A stretch of DNA of 11,054 nucleotides from a bacterium (GCA_020349685.1 CP070698.1:1762808-1773861); one strand, 5' to 3'. Positions 1-6,410 are shown, numbered from the stretch's first letter. Notes: generated by a model not told the origin, from the sequence alone. Translations and numbers: made by a program.

Positions 1-1598
1 AGCTTGAGCTCCTCCTTGCCGAAGGCGCCGGGTTTCCTTGAGACAACCGCAATGGCTGCCTTCAGCGGTTTATCACTATCTTTCATGAAACACGGTATGG
101 CGGCAAAGGAGACGACATCCGACAATTTTTCTCCCTTGCGGAAGAAAGGCGACCTTTTGACCGGCCTGCTGCTTATAACGATCTCGGCCCCTTGGGCGTC
201 CCCCAGTCCCTGGATGGACTCAAGCTCGCTGAATCTCCTGATGAGAAGGCCCATCTGGCTGGATTCCTCCCTGAGGATCTTCTCGCTCCCCAGCTGTTCG
301 AGAAGGTTCCCCTTGGAGGCCGCAACCGTGAGACCCTCATCGTAGAGCATGACAGCTGCACCGTCACACTTGGGGACCGCGTCCACCACCGCATCGAGCG
401 CCTTGGCCGCAATGAACTCCGGTTCCAGAGACTGCGTCAATCCCCGGGCATATCTGGATACGGCATCCCTTGACGACAGATCCGTTGTCAGTCTCTGCAG
501 GTTGCCGGCCGTTTCCATGGCCCTGAGGATCAGCAGGCCGAATTCGTCCAACAGCCTTGCAGTGGAATTGTCCAGGGACATCGAGTTGACCTTCTCGCTG
601 TCGAAATAAAGAACGCAGCGGATCTTGTCCGCGGAGGTGCCGTCCTCCGCGTCCTTTCCCCACTTCGGGTCTTTCACGATCTTGACGAGAAACGATCCGA
701 CCTGGACATCCTCGGGGTAGAAACTGAGGGATTTCCTGGCTGAAGTGGCGTCGGAAACACAGAGGATTCCTTCCCGCTCCCTCGTGATGTGGATAAAGCC
801 CTTGTCCCCTGGAACAAGCCCCTCGATGATCGGGACGCCGCTTTTTACGGCGGCGGCCCGCATCCGGAAAAACCCTATACTGTCATCGTCCGGGATAAGA
901 AGGATGCCCGTTCGCGCATTGAAGATACGGCAGCCCCACCTGAGGAGCGGCTGGAGAAAGTCGTCCTCGTTCAATGCAATGGCCACGGCCGAATCCTCAC
1001 TCCGTATCCGATCAGTGGATTCCGGAAAGCTTTCTTCCCTGATCCGCTTCATCATCTCCCTGGCATCGCTGTTGATCCGGCTGAGCTGGGACCGCAGGTG
1101 CGATATATGCTTTCCGTCCCTCCACATCCTGACACCCAGGACCGCGCTGTAGAAAAGCAGCGCACCTGTCCAGTACAGGAGCTCCGGGTCCCCCTCGAAG
1201 AGGAACCTGCCGCCTGCGGCAAGGGAAAGGATCAGGGCCGGGACCCAGAAGAAATGGATGCGTCGTGCGAATACGCTCAAAGGGTAGGCGATAAAGAGCA
1301 GCAGGGGGATGAGGGTGAGGGAGGCATAAAAGGCCTGGACCACGGCACCGGCAAGGACGCACAAGGTGAAATGGATCGAGGTGTCCGTTCCCAGCTGCCT
1401 GACACCCTCCCCGCGCTTGAGCATCATCGTGACGGCCAGGGCCAGAGAGCCGCATCCCAGGGATGCCTGCGCAAGAAAGTAGAAAAGCTCAGGTCTGCGG
1501 TCCGAGGCCGCCAGGGGGAGGACAATGGAAGCGGCGAGCAGGCCCACGGTGACCAGGAACAGACGCTTGATCCCCGGGGCGTAGGCGTCGGCACTCAT
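1..1598 (-). CDS. Membrane sensor protein, about 6 TM helices + two GAF-like domains; 3'-truncated by the window edge; probable DmxA-like diguanylate cyclase (output domain not visible)
   Basis: Manual translation from ATG at 1598 (ATGA overlap with ftsB stop 1595-1597) gives 532 codons with no stop to the window edge: MSADAYAPGIKRLFLVTVGLLAASIVLPLAA...six hydrophobic segments in the first ~160 aa...FLQPLLRWGCRIFNARTGILLIP...VLYFDSEKVNSM (GAF1-like)...LTQSLEPEFIAAKALDAV...SFAAIPCF...AAIAVVSRKPGAFGKEELK (GAF2-like). Absent from the ORF track, presumably because it has no stop in the window. Confidence 0.8.
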   Translation of the reverse strand, partial: MSADAYAPGIKRLFLVTVGLLAASIVLPLAASDRRPELFYFLAQASLGCGSLALAVTMMLKRGEGVRQLGTDTSIHFTLCVLAGAVVQAFYASLTLIPLLLFIAYPLSVFARRIHFFWVPALILSLAAGGRFLFEGDPELLYWTGALLFYSAVLGVRMWRDGKHISHLRSQLSRINSDAREMMKRIREESFPESTDRIRSEDSAVAIALNEDDFLQPLLRWGCRIFNARTGILLIPDDDSIGFFRMRAAAVKSGVPIIEGLVPGDKGFIHITREREGILCVSDATSARKSLSFYPEDVQVGSFLVKIVKDPKWGKDAEDGTSADKIRCVLYFDSEKVNSMSLDNSTARLLDEFGLLILRAMETAGNLQRLTTDLSSRDAVSRYARGLTQSLEPEFIAAKALDAVVDAVPKCDGAAVMLYDEGLTVAASKGNLLEQLGSEKILREESSQMGLLIRRFSELESIQGLGDAQGAEIVISSRPVKRSPFFRKGEKLSDVVSFAAIPCFMKDSDKPLKAAIAVVSRKPGAFGKEELK

Positions 1599-1903
1599 TT
1601 ACTGTTTTTCTCCGGGCGTTCTTTTAGTATGAAGACCGTTTCCCCTTCCCGAACCATTCCCAGTTCCGTCCGAGCCAGGTATTCTATGGTGGCCTGGTCA
1701 TCTCTGAGCAGACTGATGTGCTCGGCAAGCCTGACGTTGTTCTCCTGAAGGTCAAGCACCCTTGATCTGAGACCGTCCCTCTGCTCGACCATCTCCCGAA
1801 GCCGTATAAAGCCCCTTTCACCCGCGGCGCTGTAAACAAGGAACAGGCACACGGCCAATACCAGAAGCAGCAGCAATCTGCGTCTCGGGGGAAACGGTCT
1901 CAC
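1595..1903 (-). CDS. ftsB: Septum formation initiator FtsB/DivIC family protein
   Basis: 102 aa: short basic N-tail, one TM helix, GERGFIRL, coiled coil, and IEYLARTELGMVREGETVF, matching the FtsB/DivIC ExxAR..LG.vk.gE motif. GTG start. Confidence 0.88.
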   Translation of the reverse strand: MRPFPPRRRLLLLLVLAVCLFLVYSAAGERGFIRLREMVEQRDGLRSRVLDLQENNVRLAEHISLLRDDQATIEYLARTELGMVREGETVFILKERPEKNSK

Positions 1904-1998
1904 CGGGAAAGGTCCGCCTTTTCTTTCAACAGCGCCTCCTGATCCTCAAGGGCGGCGTAGCACACCTGTACTTACCGCCGCTCCGGCTGCAAAAAAGT

Positions 1999-4500
1999 TC
2001 ACGCGACCTGCATCTTCTCTATCTTGCGGGCCCATGTCTGCAACCTGCTTGTGACAAGACCCTCTTTGGGGCTCTCCCCGTAAATGTGAAAACAGGCATG
2101 GTTGGAGCTTGGGTAGATCAGGACCCAGCCATCATCATCCTCGAGACGAACTCCTTCTATGGCTTTGGTCTCTTCCCCCAGCTCCTCTATCAGGGTGCGC
2201 ATCACCTGGCCTTTGGCCTCCCAGGCGCATGGGACGATGCTGTGCTGCAGATAGGCCTCTGGAAGGGAATCCACGAGGTCTCCCAGGCGGGCACCGGAAG
2301 CGACCATCATTTCCATGGTCTTTAAGAGGCAGAACATGGCATCAAAGGATGGGTGAAAATCGGGGAAGGCAACACCACCTTCCAGGTTCCCTGCCAGGAA
2401 GGCCGACCCGGAGTATGCTGCATCTAAGATCGCGCTGGTGCTGATCGGTGTCCTTATGACACTGGCATCGTGCTCCAGCGCCAGCTTCTCCAGGTTTCCG
2501 CTCGCGTTGGCAGGGACGGCGACCGTGCATCCCGGGTTCATCCTGAAGGCGAGCAGTGCAAGGATCTGGAGCATCTTTCCACCGTCTATCCACCGTCCCC
2601 TTTCATCGATGAGTGTAAGGGTTTCACCGTTGGTGCTCAGGATCGCGCCGAGGTTCGCCTCGAGCTTCTGAACGTATTCGGAGACCTGCCCGACAGCTCT
2701 GTCGAACTGCCTGGTGGTGCGGATCACTCTCTCCTCGTCGATATGAGAGTTCAGGGAAACCACCTCCGCGCCCGTCCGGCCCAGAAGGGCCGGCAGGATC
2801 TTGATGGTCGTGCCGAAAGCATAATCCACGATAAGCCTCATCCTGGATCTGGAAACGGCCGTCAGGTCAAGGTTTTTCAGGAAGGCTTTCTCGTAGGATT
2901 CGGAACCGTACTCCGGGGCGAGAATGGATCCTGAGTTCTCAATGGAAGCTCTCCTGAAATCCATTCTGAAAAACAGCCTGTCGATCTCTCCCCGCTGGGA
3001 GGCACTCAGCTCCCTTCCATCCTCGCCGAAGAGCCTTATTTCAAGGATCTCGGGATCAGTTGGGGTCCTCCTGACGTGCATCCCTCCCACATCTCCCTCC
3101 GCCCTGATGAGGTGCCTGGCAACAGGGATGGGGATAACGCTCGCCTCGTGCACGCCCACACCAACAGAAAGAATGCCGGAAGAAATGGCCTCACTGATCA
3201 TCCGGGACGATCTGTGGATCCCTCTGGAGAGGGACACCGTGGAATGCTCGGGAAACAGGGCGCCGAAGGAAGCTCCCAGCCTGGCCGCGAACTCGGGCGT
3301 TATCTCCCTGTTGGCAAGTCCGCTTATAATGCCCCCTGTAAAAAGGGTGCCCCGCCAGCGTGATCCCCAGATAAAATCGTTGGACAGGACCGCCCCGTCT
3401 TCCACAACCTTCTCGGGCCAGATCCTCACGCCTGCCTGAATGATACTTCCCCGGCCGATGATGCAGTCCTCGCTAATGACCGACCCTTCCTCTATGTTGG
3501 CCCGGATCCTGACCTGGGTCCTGGAACCGATGACGCTTCCGGCAACAAAACAGCCACGCCCGATCAGGGCGTCATTCCAGACGACCGAAGACCTCATACG
3601 AACGTTGGGCTCCACAGTGACGCCGTGCCCCAGGAAGGAATCCCGGATCCGGCACCCGTCACTCACCTTGACCCCGTCACCGAGAACGACGGTACCGCTA
3701 AACCAGGCTTCCTCGGAAACCTGGGCACCCTTGCCCAGGTACAGAACGGCCTCGTCGAGCACCTTCATGTCACCGGGGATGTCCAGCGATATGGTGCCTG
3801 CCGATATCTCGCGGTGCAGCTGGAGATATTCCACCGCATTTCCCACGTCCTTCCAGTAACCCTGGGCGACGTAAGCGCCAAGAGGCTGACCATCATCCAG
3901 GAGCCGGGGAAAGATATCCCTCGAAAAATCGCTGCTCACACCCTCCGGGATCCGGTCGAGGATCTCAGGTTCCATGATGTATATTCCCGTATTGATGGTA
4001 TCGCTGAAAACTTCCCCCCAGGTCGGTTTCTCCAGAAAGCGCGTGACCTGGTCGTCCTCATCGGTGATCACCACACCAAAGGGAAGAGGGTTGTGAACCC
4101 TCGTGAGGACCATCGTGGCCATTTCCTCTCGCTCTCTATGGAACTCCCAGGCATGGGTCAGGTCAAAATCGGTGATGACGTCACCGCTGATGATGAGGAA
4201 AGGCCCATCGATGACCTCCGACACGCCACGAACGGCGCCGGCTGTGCCAAGGCCGCCGGGAGGATCCTGGTGATAGGTGATCTGCGCTCCGAAATCCCTG
4301 CCATCCCCGAAATGTTCCTCGATCGTCTCCGGAAAAAAGTAGGTCAACATCAGGATCCGCCTGAACCCGTGCCTCACCAGAAGCCTGACGATATGTTCGA
4401 GCATGGGGCGGCCGGCAACGGGCATCATCGGCTTGGGCCGTTTGATGGTCAGCGGTCTCAGCCTGGTTCCGTATCCACCTGCCATGACGACGGCTTTCAA
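1999..4500 (-). CDS. Mannose-1-phosphate guanylyltransferase-like NDP-sugar pyrophosphorylase fused to a left-handed beta-helix and a degenerate phosphohexomutase (PMM/PGM-like) domain, 833 aa
   Basis: N-terminal KAVVMAGGYGTRLRPLT..PKPM nucleotidyltransferase motif, FLEKP, YWKDVG, hexapeptide repeats, then LFTGGIISGLANREITPEFA (PMM domain I-like). Start moved to TTG at 4500, preceded by a GGAGGAG Shine-Dalgarno; the track's start at 4575 is probably too long. Confidence 0.88.
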   Translation of the reverse strand: MKAVVMAGGYGTRLRPLTIKRPKPMMPVAGRPMLEHIVRLLVRHGFRRILMLTYFFPETIEEHFGDGRDFGAQITYHQDPPGGLGTAGAVRGVSEVIDGPFLIISGDVITDFDLTHAWEFHREREEMATMVLTRVHNPLPFGVVITDEDDQVTRFLEKPTWGEVFSDTINTGIYIMEPEILDRIPEGVSSDFSRDIFPRLLDDGQPLGAYVAQGYWKDVGNAVEYLQLHREISAGTISLDIPGDMKVLDEAVLYLGKGAQVSEEAWFSGTVVLGDGVKVSDGCRIRDSFLGHGVTVEPNVRMRSSVVWNDALIGRGCFVAGSVIGSRTQVRIRANIEEGSVISEDCIIGRGSIIQAGVRIWPEKVVEDGAVLSNDFIWGSRWRGTLFTGGIISGLANREITPEFAARLGASFGALFPEHSTVSLSRGIHRSSRMISEAISSGILSVGVGVHEASVIPIPVARHLIRAEGDVGGMHVRRTPTDPEILEIRLFGEDGRELSASQRGEIDRLFFRMDFRRASIENSGSILAPEYGSESYEKAFLKNLDLTAVSRSRMRLIVDYAFGTTIKILPALLGRTGAEVVSLNSHIDEERVIRTTRQFDRAVGQVSEYVQKLEANLGAILSTNGETLTLIDERGRWIDGGKMLQILALLAFRMNPGCTVAVPANASGNLEKLALEHDASVIRTPISTSAILDAAYSGSAFLAGNLEGGVAFPDFHPSFDAMFCLLKTMEMMVASGARLGDLVDSLPEAYLQHSIVPCAWEAKGQVMRTLIEELGEETKAIEGVRLEDDDGWVLIYPSSNHACFHIYGESPKEGLVTSRLQTWARKIEKMQVA

Positions 4501-4596
4501 ACCTGCTCCTCCCTCTGGACAGACTCCCGCCAGGACCGCAGGATCCGGCAGGCACCAGAAAAGGGTAAAGTGCAACTCAACACTTTAAATTTACAC

Positions 4597-4626
4597 ATAT
4601 TAGACCAGGTGGCAAGGTGGGGTCAA
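4597..4626 (-). promoter_or_regulatory. Putative sigma70 promoter for the nucleotidyltransferase-ftsB-GAF gene run
   Basis: Minus strand TTGACC (4626-4621), then either TG-n-TCTAAT at a 16-bp spacer or TAATAT at an 18-bp spacer, about 100 bp upstream of the TTG start. Confidence 0.4.
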
Positions 4627-4755
4627 GGAAGGGAAATAAGCGTCTGGTGTCTCGTGACCAGGTTCAAAGGCCCAGGGTCCGGGACCCCGACTCGATCCGC
4701 CATTTGCAGTTTTACCTTCCACCCCTCTTTCCAGAGGTCATCACGCCGTTTCCGT

Positions 4756-4784
4756 TTGTATTTTCAATATGAAATGATTACATT
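4756..4784 (+). promoter_or_regulatory. Putative sigma70 promoter of msrA with overlapping AT-rich palindromes
   Basis: TTGTAT (4756-4761), 17 bp, TACATT (4779-4784); SD AGAGGAGG at 4802-4809 before ATG 4816. Confidence 0.5.
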
Positions 4785-4815
4785 TAAAAAACATCGGCAT
4801 TAGAGGAGGTTTTTC

Positions 4816-5673
4816 ATGATTCTGAACACGCTTGCGTACTCTTTACTATCTATGGTCATTTTAACTCTTACTTCGATAATAGTCCTGCCCGTTTCGGCCA
4901 CGGCCCTGCAGGTCGCGTCCGGCGTGCCTGCGGCAGGGCCTTCAGACTCCGCAGGGGGGGCGGCCTGTGATCTGCCCCCTGACCTGAAGGTTGATGACAG
5001 CGGTGAGGACCGACGGGGGACCGGATCACCTGTAATGGATACGCGCGCTCCTGAAAAATACAGTATGGCTACCTTTGCCATGGGCTGATTCTGGGGTCCG
5101 GACTCCCTGTACGGGAGTCTTGACGGTGTGATCAGAACACGTGTGGGCTATGCTGGTGGAACCTTTCAGAACCCCACTTACCGAAGGATCGGCGACCACA
5201 TGGAGACGATCCAGATCGACTACGATCCTGAACGTGTCAGCTACGATAAACTTCTGGAGGTATTTTTCTCCGGTCATGATCCCACCTGGCCCTCGCCCGT
5301 CAGACAGTACGCTTCGGCTATATTCTTTCACGACGAGGAGCAGGAAAAGCTCGCCTTGGAGGCCCTCGATAAAGCCGGTAAGAATACGGGTAAAAAGGTC
5401 TCAACGCAGCTGCTGCCCTACGCCGGCTTTACCCGCGCAGAGGACTACCATCAGAAATATTATCTGAGGAGCGTCCCCGGTGTCGCGGCCCTTTACGACG
5501 GCCAGTTCCGGGACCAGGACGCCTTCACCGACTCCACCGCCGTAGCGCGTGTGAACGGATATATCGGCGGCAACGGCACGGTGGAGCAGCTGGAGAAGGA
5601 GAAAGAGGAACTGGGGATCACCGACGAGGCCATCGAAGCGCTGAAATGGATATTGAGGAAAGCGGGGAAGTGA
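4816..5673 (+). CDS. msrA: Selenocysteine-containing peptide-methionine (S)-S-oxide reductase MsrA (Sec91 encoded by TGA 5086-5088), 285 aa, with N-terminal hydrophobic signal/anchor
   Basis: ORFs 4816..5088 and 5128..5673 are in the same frame. Reading through the TGA gives ATFAMG-U-FWGPDSLYGSLDGVIRTRVGYAGG, placing TGA exactly at the catalytic Cys of the MsrA GCFWG motif. Downstream MsrA motifs PTY, GDHMET, HDPT, QYASAIF and AEDYHQKYY are intact. Strong SD upstream of 4816. Confidence 0.93.
5096..5124 (+). promoter_or_regulatory. Bacterial SECIS element for msrA UGA recoding
   Basis: Perfect 7-bp stem GACTCCC (5101-5107)/GGGAGTC (5113-5119) with loop UGUAC (GU at loop positions 2-3), extendable by G-U and GTC/GAC pairs to 5096-5124. 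There are 19 nt between the UGA and the loop, which fits the bacterial SECIS model. Confidence 0.85.
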
Positions 5674-5696
5674 AAGCGGTATCTGGAATCTAGTAT

Positions 5697-5763
5697 CTAG
5701 CAGGCTGCTGAAAAACCCCGACGCTGAAAAAGTCCACGAGGGACTTTTTCAGGATCCTGCTAG
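5697..5763. mobile_element. 59-bp MITE-like / IS-end remnant with terminal inverted repeats and CTAG flanks
   Basis: CTAG (5697-5700) | CAGGCTGCTGAAAAA (5701-5715) ... TTTTTCAGGATCCTG (5745-5759) | CTAG (5760-5763). The inverted repeats match 13/15. No transposase in the window. Confidence 0.6.
5724..5752. terminator. Perfect 12-bp hairpin, likely bidirectional terminator between convergent msrA and rhodanese genes
   Basis: CTGAAAAAGTCC-ACGAG-GGACTTTTTCAG, with a T5 tract on each strand; the GC core is short. Confidence 0.5.
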
Positions 5764-5780
5764 AGTCTAGACTCCAGACG

Positions 5781-6116
5781 CTAGACTCTGGATCGGGTCT
5801 CCAGCGGAAGTCCCCTTAAAACCCAGTCCCTGTAGCTGTCGTTGTAATCATGCACAGGACCGAAACCCATCCTGTCCAGCTTGCCTGCCACGAGGCCGCT
5901 GGCGGGGCATTTCCAGTCGTTGCTGTAAACGACGATCCTGACACCCAAGGGAAGCAGTGCCCCGGCCCGCTCCTCCACGTCCATGTTGAGGAGCGAAACG
6001 GCGCCAGGCAGATGGTCGACGGCGTAGTCCTCCTCGGCCCGCGCGTCCACAACGACCATCTCCTCTCCGGAATCCATCCACGTCTTCAAAGTATCAGCGT
6101 CGATCTGCTCGACCAT
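5781..6116 (-). CDS. Single-domain rhodanese-like protein
   Basis: 111 aa: VVVDARAEEDYAVDHLPGAVSL (the DvR...Y..gHIPGA motif), IVVYSNDWKCPAS, and the C-terminal LDRMGF..V.DY..S..DW..GLPLE signature. SD GGAGG upstream. Confidence 0.88.
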   Translation of the reverse strand: MVEQIDADTLKTWMDSGEEMVVVDARAEEDYAVDHLPGAVSLLNMDVEERAGALLPLGVRIVVYSNDWKCPASGLVAGKLDRMGFGPVHDYNDSYRDWVLRGLPLETRSRV

Positions 6117-6131
6117 GGTTTATCCTCCCAG

Positions 6132-6156
6132 AAAAAAAGACCTCCCGTGTCGAGGC
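6132..6156 (-). terminator. Weak intrinsic-terminator-like hairpin with U7 tract directly upstream of the rhodanese RBS
   Basis: Minus strand GCCUC-GACACGG-GAGGU-C-UUUUUUU, then CUGGGAGGAUAAACC-AUG. Confidence 0.35.
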
Positions 6157-6180
6157 ATTATCATCCCGGATCTATGTGTT

Positions 6181-6266
6181 TTAGCGATAGCTGCAACTCT
6201 GGCCAAAGTCTTTCGAGAAGACTCTGCGGGACCACGGCCAAGGGAAACTCTCTTTCCCTCCGCTAA
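6181..6266 (-). other. Unassigned multi-stem structured element (candidate leader RNA or short repeat element)
   Basis: Nested pairings in + coordinates: TTAGCG 6181-6186/CGCTAA 6261-6266; TGGCC 6200-6204/GGCCA 6236-6240; AGTCTT 6207-6212/AAGACT 6218-6223; AGGGAAA 6241-6247/TTTCCCT 6253-6259. Confidence 0.45.
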
Positions 6267-6278
6267 CCCTATTCCCTT

Positions 6279-6313
6279 CTCCTGACCCCCGACCCCTGGC
6301 TCCCGGCTCCCGA
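6279..6313 (+). repeat. Degenerate heptamer tandem repeat (CYCCYGR x5)
   Basis: CTCCTGA CCCCCGA CCCCTGG CTCCCGG CTCCCGA. Confidence 0.7.
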
Positions 6314-6377
6314 TGGCCGGAGCCCGGTATTGCTTTTGCCGGCAACCCGAACCAGATGGTGGATACTGAATCTGCTC

Positions 6378-6410
6378 CCTTCCACTTTACCCTTTCCCCT
6401 TTCCCCTTTT
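6378..6410 (+). repeat. Degenerate heptamer tandem repeat (CTTTCCC x ~4.5)
   Basis: CCTTCCA CTTTACC CTTTCCC CTTTCCC CTTTT. Confidence 0.7.

Larger units (their letters stand above)
5680..5794. repeat. Inverted arrays of degenerate heptamer tandem repeats flanking the MITE-like element
   Basis: Left: TATCTGG AATCTAG TATCTAG (5680-5700). Right: CTAGAGT CTAGACT CCAGACG CTAGACT CTGGATC (5760-5794), i.e. the same nnTCTRG unit on the opposite strand. Five CTAG sites in about 95 bp. Confidence 0.7.

Noticed and set aside
789-1748. 319-aa plus-strand ORF and other short ORFs in 4..1455
   Set aside because: Antisense or off-frame to the TM-GAF-GAF and ftsB genes, which have coherent domain structure and coupled starts.
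4501-4575. N-terminal extension MHFTLFWC... of the 858-aa ORF
   Set aside because: Family homology begins at (M)KAVVMAGG, and a strong SD precedes TTG 4500.
3625-4803. 392-aa plus-strand ORF
   Set aside because: Antisense shadow of the nucleotidyltransferase gene; no recognisable motifs; expected in GC-rich coding DNA.
4816-5088. 90-aa standalone ORF plus separate 181-aa MsrA ORF (or an msrA pseudogene)
   Set aside because: Same frame, the TGA is at the catalytic Cys column and is followed by a SECIS-like hairpin; one selenoprotein gene explains both ORFs.
5680-5794. Possible CRISPR-like repeat array
   Set aside because: Units are 7 bp with no unique spacers, and there are no cas genes in the window.
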